This document shows, one piece after another, positions 27,878 through 39,352 of a DNA stretch of 64,000 nucleotides. Under the pieces are notes generated by a model. That model searched no databases. It was given only the letters and a program-made list of their open reading frames with translations, and was not told the DNA's origin. The stretch is from positions 6,304,144 to 6,368,143 of the forward strand of contig OZ199838.1 in the NCBI GenBank assembly GCA_964304625.1. Direction: 5' to 3'. This DNA comes from Kudoa neothunni (Eukaryota; Animalia; Cnidaria). The position numbers and the translations under genes were made by a program. Within the stretch, counting starts at the first letter, position 1. The number at the start of each line of letters is the position of its first letter.

Positions 27878-30800
27878 ATGAGCAATATGCAGCATGCTAA
27901 TGATGTGGTGATGCTTGAGGAAATGAAACAACGAGCTAATCAACTTTTCAATGAGAAACAATATTTAGAAGCAGCTCAGCTGTATACCGATTGTATTAAT
28001 GGTTGTGATTCCAGTTTGGATGGTCTCCTTGTGAGCGTGCTATATTCAAATCGAGCTGCATGCAATTTAAACCTCGATCGATTAGAGGAAGCTTGCAATG
28101 ATTGTGACCTCGCAATCAAGTACAATTCCGACAACCAAAAAGCCATATACAGAAAATGTTTATCACTTAAAGCCATGGAGAGGTATGAGGCTGCATTTGT
28201 GTTGGCTGAGCAACTTCTGCAAAGCAAGCCAAAATCAGCTGTCTACATTGAATTGATGAAATCATTGACTTTGTTATTGTATCAAACCAGGGAAAGGTTG
28301 TCGGATCCACTTCGCATCGCTGAAGAGTTGTGCGAAAAAATAGAAGCTCACCGCCAACCTCTGTCAACTCAGTAGGTGATATGTTCGAAGGTGAGAATTT
28401 TCAAAAATTGTACTCATTATGCAGTGACCGCAATATCCAAAAAATTGTGGTCAATAGCGGAGGAAGTTCTCAGCGTTTCGATTTGGTAGATAAATTGGTC
28501 CAGTGGCTTCAACCCAAGTACCATTCGACTAGTTTGGTGATATTGGCTTTGAACTGCTTGCAAAAAATTATCTCGAATTTTTCTGCTGGCGATCAAATGG
28601 AATTTGTCACTTTCTTGAGCAGATACATTTCGGTGGACTGTTGTAGGAAGTTGTTTGTGTATAGTGAGATATCACCTTCTCACGATAAATTATTTAATTC
28701 GATTCTTAATTTTGTTTCTCAAATAATTATCAAATTGACTGAATTCAAACACGAGAATAATGTGATAGACATGTTGTTTGATTACTTGGAGGTGTGGATG
28801 TTTGATGATTGTCTGGATAGATGTTATTTTGATGTTGAGAAAGTGAAACGTTTCTCATCATATACTGTCAACATTGTGAAGAGTTTTGATGGTAAAGTTG
28901 AACTGATAGAGCGAGCGTGTCGTTTAAAATATCATTTGAGATATCTCAAATTCTGCATTGATTTTACCGAAATTGCTGTTCTCCAATCTACCAATGAAAA
29001 TCAGCAAGTAAATTTGAAACAGAGTATACTGTTAGTACTAGAATCATGTGCGTTGTTAATGGCCACGTTCGAATCAACATTATTCAAACATAAACCAATT
29101 GAGTCAAAATCTGAGTTTGTGGAGCAACTCAAAAATGAATTAACTGATGTGAACGGGTCGCCACTCAAAGTTATAGCTGGAAGGTTTATTGTGGTTAAAT
29201 CTATGCCAAAATTATATGAAGATTTTCTTATTGATGATGGGGCTCAACTTTTGGCCAGTATTCATAGTTATCTATTGGATAATAAAACAATTGGCGATCA
29301 GCCTATGTTTGCAGTACCAATGCATCTGATTATTGATTGTTTGATTGTGGTGATCGGAATGAAACGATTGTTTCAGGCGATTATTAAACTGCCATTATTC
29401 GACCAAGTCTACTCGCAACTCTCCCTTATATTTCAATCTAAGCGCTCCCTCGCCGATATGTTAAAATTGCGTATTTTAATAGTATTGGTAAAGTTGGACA
29501 TTGCAAAATGGCAATATTCTGATCAAGGAGTCAACGTTGATCAACTCCGTAGTTATTACAATGATTTTGTAGAAGCCACTGATTTTTTGAATGACTTCTC
29601 GGGAAATGTTCAATCTGCAAACTGTCAGTCTATAGATTTTAATACTTTATCAGACAGTGTTGAGTTTATGGCTTATGTATCGTTACAGCCCGACTTGAAA
29701 GAAGTAATTGTACGCGATAAAAACACATTCCAAAAGCTGCTACTGATCACCAAAATATGTGCCTCCACACCACTCACCCCCAAAAGCGTTGATCATCGGA
29801 ATCATTTTAGATTGGAATGTTGTTTTTTTGTTCTGAAAACACTTCAAAATCTCACCAATGCCACAATCGAGCATAAGCCCGATTCGAATGAAGGGGAGAT
29901 ATCCAAGAAAGAAATGAAAAAATTAGCCAAATCTACTGGTAGTGCTCTTCCTCAGAAACACAAATTTGATAAAAAAACTTACAAAACCGAACGTATCAGG
30001 TTGCTCTCATCTCAGCCACTTATATTCACCCTAATGTACAACATACATGAGTGCATGAAGTTGTTTGCCATTTGTACACCAACAACCAAGTAACTCATGG
30101 ACTTAAATGTTTACATTCAATTATTATTGTCTAGTGTTGTGAGCACAAACCTTCAAACATCTTCTCCACTAACCAATTCTAGCGTTTATCCAACGATGGC
30201 CAAATTATTACAAGTTTTGTTATGGAATCAAGATTGTCGAGGGGTTGCTATCCAATCTGGATGTGTACCGATTTTGTTATTTATCTGTACGAAGTATTTG
30301 CTCAACACTGGCGATATCAACAGTCGAGATAAACAACAACAACTTGCTCACCACACTGTTCTTTTTGCCGCAAACGCTCTAGCCCGAATAGTTATAACCA
30401 ACAATCCTGCATTTGTGTTCACTAATGATACAATGCATGAAGCTATACGTCCACTGTTGTATCTAACAAAAAATAGATGTGTAGATTTTTCGAATGACGG
30501 AGGACTTTGGTGCTACGAAGGTCTGCTTGCTTTGACCAATATTTTGTCTGTAAGTGATGCCACCCGAAAACATTTCTTCGCTATCGATTACAGCTACCAC
30601 ACACTTGAAACTTTGATGTTTGATGAGAATGAAAAGATAGTCACCTCAGCTATCGAATGCGCTAGCAATTTGTTTGTATTTATTGTTTCGCTGCATACGT
30701 GTTAGTTAATTGCTTTTTAGATTTCCTCTGAAATTGTTTACAGTCACTTCATCCCTGGTGGAGATAATTGTGTAGAAGATGTACTATTTATTTTGACGGT

Positions 30801-31292
30801 TGCAGTTCAATAAATTTTTGAACATAGAGAAAATCAGTGGAAGAAAGACTCCGTAAGTTTGTGGTATTTGCTGGAAATACTGATTCGTTAGCTATCTCCA
30901 TGTGATATTTGTTTACTACTGTTTGTCGGTAATGAATTGTTGATAGTGCCTCAGCATCTGCTCTTATACATTTGTGCCAATATCGAGCTATTACGCTTTT
31001 TTACCTTGGATTGGATAATTTTTTCCCTCTAATCGATCTTCTTTTAAGCTCATCAAATGGTGATCTCATGTACAGATGTGCTGTACTAGTTTATGTGATA
31101 CTGAATGTGATAACTGCTGATGAAGTGAAGAGTTTCAAAGTTACTGAAGCTCCCTTTTTTGAAATTTTATTGAAGTTAGAAGCGTTAAAAGATTCAATCA
31201 AATCAACCATACCAAACATCGATCCATTTTTGGACTATTTGGACAGAATTATGAATTATTGTCTTTCTAATAATCTTATTGAACTCCAATAA
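27878..31292 (+). CDS. unc-45: UNC-45 myosin chaperone (TPR, central and UCS domains), multi-exon
   Basis: Three N-terminal TPRs (LYSNRAAC, KAIYRK). UCS motifs MKKLAK...PQKHKFD, RGVAIQSG, AANALARI..NP, YEGLLALTNI, AIECASNL. Introns 28372-28424 and 30090-30134 join the ORF-track pieces. Confidence 0.92.
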
Positions 31293-32846
31293 TCGGCAAT
31301 TACACCCAAGTTTACATATTCGATACATCGTGTTTATAACATCTCTACGTTGGCTCTTATATTTGTTTTTATTTTCAGTGCCTAATTAAATAGAATGACG
31401 CTTATTTCTCGTTCAAGTGTAAATTTCGGCTTGTCAGGGAGTAAATTATTGAACTTCATAATTGAATGCATAAATATTATGTATTGTAAAATTCGTTTCA
31501 ACAACGAGAAACTTTTTATCCAGTCCTGCGTAATTCGATACCTAATTATACAATACGTTTTAATATAATTTTATTTTTTAAAATTGTAAGGCAGAGTATT
31601 TTTTAGAAATGTACCTGTGTGATAACGGAAACAGAACGCCTACTTACCTACCATTTTTCAAGTTATGTTATGATAAATTATTTTAATTAATTTTTATTCT
31701 TTCTTTATGTCTTTTATCATCTTGGCGCGTATGTTCTACATTACTTTTCTACAAAATGTTGCGCTACATTTTTGTCACCTTGGAATTCAGCGTAGAGAGA
31801 GGGGTGAATGGTGAGAAATATTTAGCTAAAGAGTTAAATGGCTCATATCCGGTTGAGAATTCTTGGATTATGTGGTTTGAGTCGTTCTTGTCATCTATCT
31901 ATATTTTGATAGCATTTCCTTAGAAGACAATCCATTTTAATAAGTTTTCGTTAAAATTGAAATTCTTGCTTCATATTTCAATTATTTAAATGAAAATATG
32001 AATGTTGCTTTTATTGCACTCTCTTTGCGCCGCTGACATTAAAATGTATTTAGTTTTCGACGCTGTGCATTTTTTCAATATTATTTGATATGCGGATTAT
32101 TTTTAATCTTTTATTTGTAATTAAAAGCTTAATTCAAGTTAATGAAATGACTAACTTTTCAAAATTCCTATAAGCGAATCATCGTAAGTGTTTAGATAAC
32201 CATTAATTTGCAACTATAAATTATTTACTTTAATTACATTGAGCGTAATTTTTAAAAATAGACCTGAAGGAAAAGAATTCATTTGTATGCGTAACACAAT
32301 TTGTTAAGAAAAATTTTCCTAGCATTTATAGTAGTTATATCACAAAATATTAGAATAAAACGAGTATATATCAAGTTTTCATAGCTATTCTTGATTAAAA
32401 ATTTAAAAACAAAGTATCTTGGAAAGAATTTTAATTTTTAAGTATGAATTTCTTTTAACCAATGAATTACCAGGTTCATTAAGAACCCCTCTATTTTAAC
32501 ATTCGACCAATACATATCAAAGAGTAAGTGACTACTGACATGAATCATAATGTTCTGGTATGTATAATTTTGACTGAATAACATTATTTTTGGCCCCTAT
32601 AAGGGGTAACCATGAGGAAAAAAATATTTGATACAGCAGATTCTACAAAATAAACTTTATATATAAACTGTAAATAGGAGTTGTCGGGATTAAAAATGGG
32701 CACTGTGCTATCATAGTTACCAGTTTTGATTAAAAATTTCCATGTCAATAGCAATAGCCATTGCCAATCAAAAAAACCCATGAGTCACTCTCATCTAAGT
32801 TTGGAATTATGTGCTAATTCGGTGATATATTCTGTTTATAGTTATA

Positions 32847-33546
32847 CTAGTGCAAAAGCCCCGCTTCGCATGGGCTTCCTTGCCTGGCCACGTGGACTAA
32901 AGCCTTGAGTAGACCAAGGTCATTTGAAGTTCAAAGTAAATTCAGAGTATTTAGATAAATAGTACAAAGATTACCCAATTAACTGGTGATTTATTTAACT
33001 CATTGGAGGCATGAACCTTATTTAATATTTTTAAAAACGAATAAACACTACTGAGCGTTTGAATTTCCTATTTAAAGCTCCTAAAATATCGATTTTCTCC
33101 TTGTTGTTTGCAGTAATCTCTAAATCATACCATATGAAAAGGACTAATCTTGTTAAACATCAACAGATGAATTTCATATTAATGCTTGGATACATAACCT
33201 AATATTTCCTTCCTTATTTGAACTATTTCAATTACTAAATTACTTTCCAATAATTTTAAAGTAAAATAAACAATATGGTACATTTAAAATTAATTTTTTA
33301 TAACCTTAATGAAATGACCTATATGTTTGCATAAATCCTGAAATCATACCACTCATATCACGTGAAAATGTTTTTAGTCATTTTGCAGGATGCAAACCTT
33401 TTACAATTTTTTATATATTTTTCTGTGTTAAAATAAAATTTTATCTTTCAATATATATGCTCAAATGGAGCGATATGTCTCTCTATCAAAAATGAAAAAT
33501 GCGCACACACTGACACACGAATTACCGGTTTGCTCTATATATTAGA
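32847..33546 (-). mobile_element. Non-autonomous Helitron-like element
   Basis: On the minus strand it starts A|TCTAATATATAG and ends with the hairpin GCCCATGCGAAGCGGGGC followed by CTAG|T. Confidence 0.55.
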
Positions 33547-33866
33547 TTATTTTTATTCGCAATTTTAGAAGAACATACCCCCTAAATATTAGGGGAGTAG
33601 ATAATGTTCTCGACACATTTAAAGACAAAAAATAACATTTATTTAAACCTCGTGATGGTATCATATTTAACGCCGATGTTTTTCACAATGAATGAAATTA
33701 AAATAAAATTTCCCATTATCGAATATTTATTGTAAATTAAAATGAAAACCAAACAAACACACATCAGTAACAACAATGAACCATTTTCAATATCAAAAAC
33801 AATACACTGAATTGTAGACTATGATTTTCAAAATTACAAAATTAATAACGGTTTGAAATTGGCAGA

Positions 33867-34597
33867 TCAAACAATTTGGCACTTCTTTTTCTTAGTCTTA
33901 TCATTTACCACCGATTTGGCGGTGTTTTTATTTTTCTTTTGATATATGCTGCGTACAATAGTTTCAAAACATTTGTTTATGTTTTCATTTTTCTTGGCGC
34001 TGGTTTCGATGTAAGGACAGCCCCATTTGTTGGCTAGATCTTGGCCCAGATCTGCAGAAACTTTTCGGTCAAGATCCGACTTATTGCCAACCAATATCAT
34101 TGAGACAGTTTGACCTTCTTTGACACGAAGAACTTGTCCATGGAGATCGGCGAGTGCGTTAAAGCTGTCCATTTCGGTTAATGAAAAAACAAATATAAAA
34201 CCTTCTCCATTTCTAAAATATTGATCCCTCATCGAAGCATAGTCTTCTTGGCCAGCTGTATCTAAAATATTGATGGTGTGAGAGATACCATCGATGTCGA
34301 TTTGTTTCCGATAACTATCAGCTTTGGTGGGTTCATAATCATCGACAAACTAAAACAAACAATCGCGAAAAATTAGCTAAAGATCCCCTCAAAAAAGGAT
34401 ATTAAAACTAGACTTTAAATTTTTCATTCCTACACACCCATCCATGTTATGTAGAGTTAACAAAACCCTACCATATGTCTACAATAACAGAGCATACATA
34501 CCTCGTCGTAAATATATAAAAGTGTGATAGCCGACTTTCCTACACCTCCGGGACCAACCATCAGAATTTTATGCTCGTCATCTTTTTCTTTGGACAT
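33867..34597 (-). CDS. ral: Ral-family small GTPase, 2 exons (intron 34350-34501)
   Basis: GPGGVGKS, Ral effector loop YEPTKADSYRK, DTAGQEDY, NKSD, ETSAK, a polybasic tail and CAAX box CQIV. Confidence 0.95.
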
Positions 34598-36140
34598 GGC
34601 CTTTACCACCAAGTAAGTCAATAGAACCTTTAACAGTGGATTAACTCCGGTTGACTTAGACTATTTATTTATTCTCCGGATGCAATCGACAATTTACCAT
34701 CAATCAATATTGATGTTTAAATAATCCTTGAAGTTCTCGGATGTAACTCTGAGCATCATATTTTAGGGTTAATTAATTTGTAAATAGAATATTTAGGTCA
34801 ACTTCAACATTAATCTCTATCATTAATCTACTAGCTTACTAAGATAAGATAATAGGATTAAAATTCAATAAATGTGATTTGTAAATATATTGAAGATGTA
34901 ACCGAAAACTTGAAAGAAAACGTACCTAATGCACACAATTTAATTTCTACAAAATATTTCCCCCAGACACATTTTCTAAGGAAATCACTAGCTAATCGGT
35001 ACATGAACAGTTCCATATATTAATCTTTTGATTAGTTTACAGTGCCGAATTGGGATCGATTACCCAAGGTGAAAAGCCTCCACATAAATTTTGAATTCAC
35101 AAATAATAGCTTGTTTGTTGGTTTAGAACGTAAATTTCCCTAAAAGTTGTACGATATCTATCTAAGTGCTTCTCGATTCATTTTAGCTCCCCTAGCACCT
35201 ACTATTTGAGGCCAACCTCGCACCTTTTTCAAATAAGGAATTATAAAACGGATTTCGTTTTAGGCGGGAGGCACGGTGCTGTAGGAATTGGACATTGACA
35301 CTGTAAAGTTAAAGATGTAAATAATTTTTATGCGACATTAGTTTTGATTATATTTAATTATTACTGGCCCCTAAGAGCAAAGAGACGTTCAGAAATAATT
35401 AAATATAGGTTTTTAAAAAATTAAATCTGTGTACCGCTTGTGAGTAAAAGTTGCTGGAATTTTAAAAATTTCATTGCGCTTACGTACATACCAGTTAGGA
35501 CATGGGTCACCATAGTTTTTGACCGCTCGGTGACAAGTGGCCGAGAGTGCGCAGAAGTAATAATAAAAACAAGTTTCACAACAAAATAACATTATTATTT
35601 GAAAATTATTAAAATTTTTAATTAGATTTTTTAGATATTTATCTTGTATAAAACTTAGAATAGTATTGCCATAGTTTTGCGGTATTAATTTGATATTTTC
35701 TTTTTGAAAGAGTATTCACTGGAATTGCGAGCGTTTCGTTGATAAAAATATTCTAAATTGCATTTAGTAGACCCTGCTTGTTGAATATTATACAGTTACT
35801 ACGTACTTTTTAATTATATCGTTAATAATAGCCTGATTTAATATCATAAAACATAACAGCGTGATTATGGTCTCACTTTTCTCGAAAAAAGAGACATTCG
35901 GCAATAAATAAGTGATAAGACGTCCTTTACAAGCACGTTTTTCACATCTACTATATTGATTTGAATTAGATTCGTGATCATTTACATAAAAAACTAGATA
36001 TTATTTTAGAATAAAAAGTAATCACAAGCTTGATATGAAATATAACAAGCCAAAAACCCCCAAAAAGGTTTATATACTATCGTGGCGCATGCGCGAAGTA
36101 GGCGCGAGTTGTGGTCGTGTCGTTTTTGAGTTTTCGAAAC

Positions 36141-36257
36141 TGTAACGGATGACACGCGTCAACCTGATTTAGATTAGTGATATCTAAGTAGATTACTTTT
36201 CGAGTATATTTTATCATGGCTTCTCCTATCGACAGCGCAACTAACTCCACCGTTACA
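36141..36257 (+). repeat. 5' LTR (117 bp)
   Basis: TGTAACGG...CCGTTACA; direct repeat of 39194-39310. Confidence 0.96.
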
Positions 36258-39230
36258 TCTGGTGACAGGGGTGTTGACTCTGTTAAGCCACCGCCACTCA
36301 AGAAATTTACCGGCGCCGCCGATAACTTCGCCAAGTTCCACCGCTCTTTTATGCTCCTTGCACTAGCTAGCAACTGGAATGACCTGGACAAAGCTAGGAA
36401 TTTTCCCTTGTACCTCGGAGATACCATCCTCGATTTGATCGAGACCAACGGTATAAATATGTACCGACCAACGAGGGATACATTCAACCTTATGGTGGAA
36501 CTGTTAAATAATACATATCGCCCTATCACTTCTTCCGCATTGTCCCTTCAATCGTTCTACAGTTCGACGTGGGACAATGTCACCCCCTTTGCTGAATTCT
36601 GCTTCGGAGTGAACAATTTGCTTCGCAAGGCCCTACCCTCTATCGACGAAGACACCGCTAGAACTCTAGTTATGGACCAATGCACGAAGTCGTTGCCTGA
36701 GTACATCAAACGTATTATCGTTGCTTCGAAACCCCAAGCACTTCCTGAGCTGATCCAATCGGTTGAGGAACAGCTAAATATTCCAAATCACACTGCAGCA
36801 GCCTCGTACGGCGAGAGGAAATCCAAATACAAGAAACGATCTTGCAAAAAATGTGGCTCAAATAATCACTCAACCAAAGAGTGCAAAGGTTTTGCAATAT
36901 GTAAAACCTGCCACAAGAGGGGACACCTCTCATATATATGCAATAGCAAACATACAAATAACATTAACTGTATCAATTTTAATGAATCTGTTTCGGATGA
37001 GGCCAATTATTCGTGTTTTGTTTCTTCAGCGCAGTTTGACTTGTCTAAAAATTTTACAATACCAATTGAAATCGGAACTAGAGTTGCAACTGCTCTGATT
37101 GACACTGGATCTTCCATATCAATTATAAGACACGGCTTCGATGTGGAAATGCACCCTGACAAAATTAGTCTTACATCCGCAGGCGGGAAGCAAATGGAAC
37201 CCATTGGTACTAGCATCGTCGAATTCTCTCTAAATGGAAAGGTCTTCAAATGGAAACCCAACACAAAAAAATGCATTTATAAGGTAACGTCAATCAAATA
37301 TCTCGGCTTCGTAATCTCAAAAGATGGAATCACACCTGATCCTGATAGAATCAAATCAGTAGCTGACATACCCATTCCCAATACACCCAAACGCCTCCAA
37401 TCATTCATTGGCTTCGCAAACTATTACCGCGACCTAATTCCAAACTTTGCTAGCATAGCACAGCCCCTCTACAATGCCATTTCTACAAAACCCTTTGAAT
37501 TATCCACCGAAGCTATTAATCGAATAAGTAACATCAAACATTTGTTAACATCCTCGCCACTACTCAGTCTTCCTAACCTGAATAAAAATTTCACAATTTC
37601 CACCGACGCTTCAGACACAGCCATCGCATCAGTACTCTATCAGGAAGTGAATGGCAAGAAACATGTCATACGTTATGCCAGCCGTATCCTCAATAAATCC
37701 GAAATTAATTATTCCACCTTCGAAAAAGAAGCACTAGCGCTAGTACATGCACTCAAAACATTTCACCAATATGTCTACGGCAAAAGAACCAAAGTATGGA
37801 CGGATCACAACCCCCTAACTCACCTGAAAACCATCAAAGACTCTCACGGTAGAATATCCCGTTGGCTGCTATTTCTCCAGAACTACGACCTAGAAATAGT
37901 CTACAAACGTGGCCCTGATAATGTAGACGCCGACTTTTTATCGAGAACACCGTGCGAATCAAATGCTATATCAGTCCATTTCCTATCCCTACCAGTAGAC
38001 AAGTGGATATCGGCCCAAAAAGAGGACATAACTATATCGAGCATCGCAAAATCCATTGAACAAAATAAATACAAAGGTAAGAGAGTTTACCGATTCAAAG
38101 ATGGCCTCTTGGTGAGGACTCTGAAAGCCGAAAATAGAGAAATCAATCAACTTTTCATCCCACTTCAAATGCGCGCTAAAATCTTGGACAGATTTCATGA
38201 TCAATCTGGCCATCCCGGGTTCTTCAAAACATTTTCGATGCTACGAGACAACGCATTTTGGCCCGGCTACGAAATCGAAACCCGAAATTATGTGCGTTCT
38301 TGTAAAACTTGCCAATTGAATCCATGGTCTTCCGAAAAATCCAACTTAATCCCACTAAAAGCTACCTTCCCTTTTCAATTAATGGAATGGGATATCATTG
38401 GACCTTTCAATCGCACCGATAATCTTAATAGATATATACTCTGCTGTGTGGATCTTTTCACCAAATTCGCCATAGCCATTCCACTAGCTGATTTAAGAGC
38501 AGAGACAATTTGTGACAAACTCATCCAGGAAATATTATGCAAATTCGGTAAGCCTAGACGTATACACAGCGACAATGGTAGGAACTTCGTTTCAAATATT
38601 ATCGTACAAATCTGCCGTGATCTCAACATCGAGCTATCCCATACTACACCATACCATCCTCAGGGCAATGGCGCCGTGGAGCGTTTCAACCGAACTCTTA
38701 AGCATATGCTACTGAAGCTCGACGAACCCAATTTATGGGACATCCATCTCCAAATGTTAGTGAACCATTATAATAATCATACCAATGAATCAACTGGTTT
38801 TTCTCCCTTTCAACTTATCTACGGTAAAAAACCCAACTTTGCTCTCACACCCATTCTGCCCAATGATAACATGAACAATTCTCCTACCACTCTGTCATAC
38901 CTAAAAAATCTCAAACGTGAACTTTCACGCACACATGCAATTGCACTTAAAAGCCTAACCAATTCATCATCCAAAAACTCAAGAAACTACAACAATGCAA
39001 GTCCTCCTAAACCCATCCAAGTCCAATCTAGTGTTGTTTACAAAAACCCAGCTACCAATAAGTGGTCAGGACCTTACGTAGTCCTTAAAAGACATGGACC
39101 CTCCACTTATACAATTAGTATTGACAATCTCCCAACTACTGTCCACAGAAACAACATCAAATCATATATGTCCCGATCTTCCCAAGGGGGGAATGTAACG
39201 GATGACACGCGTCAACCGGATTTAGATTAG
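36216..39230 (+). CDS. Gag-Pol polyprotein: Gag with two CCHC knuckles, protease, RT C-terminal remnant, RNase H, integrase
   Basis: Knuckles CKKCGSNNHSTKEC and CKTCHKRGHLSYIC; protease LIDTGSS; RNase H TDASD/EKE/TDH/ADFLSR; integrase HHCC and DDE (WDII, SDNG, VERFN) plus a GPY motif. No YxDD motif. Confidence 0.92.
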   Translation: MASPIDSATNSTVTSGDRGVDSVKPPPLKKFTGAADNFAKFHRSFMLLALASNWNDLDKARNFPLYLGDTILDLIETNGINMYRPTRDTFNLMVELLNNTYRPITSSALSLQSFYSSTWDNVTPFAEFCFGVNNLLRKALPSIDEDTARTLVMDQCTKSLPEYIKRIIVASKPQALPELIQSVEEQLNIPNHTAAASYGERKSKYKKRSCKKCGSNNHSTKECKGFAICKTCHKRGHLSYICNSKHTNNINCINFNESVSDEANYSCFVSSAQFDLSKNFTIPIEIGTRVATALIDTGSSISIIRHGFDVEMHPDKISLTSAGGKQMEPIGTSIVEFSLNGKVFKWKPNTKKCIYKVTSIKYLGFVISKDGITPDPDRIKSVADIPIPNTPKRLQSFIGFANYYRDLIPNFASIAQPLYNAISTKPFELSTEAINRISNIKHLLTSSPLLSLPNLNKNFTISTDASDTAIASVLYQEVNGKKHVIRYASRILNKSEINYSTFEKEALALVHALKTFHQYVYGKRTKVWTDHNPLTHLKTIKDSHGRISRWLLFLQNYDLEIVYKRGPDNVDADFLSRTPCESNAISVHFLSLPVDKWISAQKEDITISSIAKSIEQNKYKGKRVYRFKDGLLVRTLKAENREINQLFIPLQMRAKILDRFHDQSGHPGFFKTFSMLRDNAFWPGYEIETRNYVRSCKTCQLNPWSSEKSNLIPLKATFPFQLMEWDIIGPFNRTDNLNRYILCCVDLFTKFAIAIPLADLRAETICDKLIQEILCKFGKPRRIHSDNGRNFVSNIIVQICRDLNIELSHTTPYHPQGNGAVERFNRTLKHMLLKLDEPNLWDIHLQMLVNHYNNHTNESTGFSPFQLIYGKKPNFALTPILPNDNMNNSPTTLSYLKNLKRELSRTHAIALKSLTNSSSKNSRNYNNASPPKPIQVQSSVVYKNPATNKWSGPYVVLKRHGPSTYTISIDNLPTTVHRNNIKSYMSRSSQGGNVTDDTRQPDLD

Positions 39231-39310
39231 TGATATCTAGGTAGATTACTTTTCGAGTATATTTTATCATGGCTTCTCCTATCGACAGCGCAACTAACTC
39301 CACCGTTACA
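39194..39310 (+). repeat. 3' LTR (117 bp)
   Basis: Matches the 5' LTR except at two positions. Confidence 0.96.
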
Positions 39311-39352
39311 GAAACTTTGAAGGCTGGTTTTAAAATTGTTGTTGGCTATTCT

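Larger units (their letters stand above)
36141..39310 (+). mobile_element. Ty3/Gypsy LTR retrotransposon, 3170 bp, RT core deleted
   Basis: LTRs 36141-36257 and 39194-39310 (TG..CA, 2 mismatches in 117 bp). 5-bp TSD GAAAC. PBS-like TGGTGACAG after the 5' LTR and PPT AAGGGGGGAA before the 3' LTR. Confidence 0.96.

Noticed and set aside
28330-28424. Apparent frameshift or stop between the TPR ORF and the rest of UNC-45
   Set aside because: Explained by a canonical 53-nt intron (GTAGGT..TGCAG, 28372-28424).
30090-30134. Apparent TAA readthrough between in-frame UNC-45 ORFs
   Set aside because: The stop lies in a 45-nt GT-AG intron.
36077-38715. Antisense and alternate-frame ORFs over the Gypsy ORF, and similar ones over other genes
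   Set aside because: Shadow ORFs with no recognisable motifs.
39343-39352. TGGCTATTCT matching part of the MULE TIR
   Set aside because: Only 10 bp and not the true terminus; probably chance.
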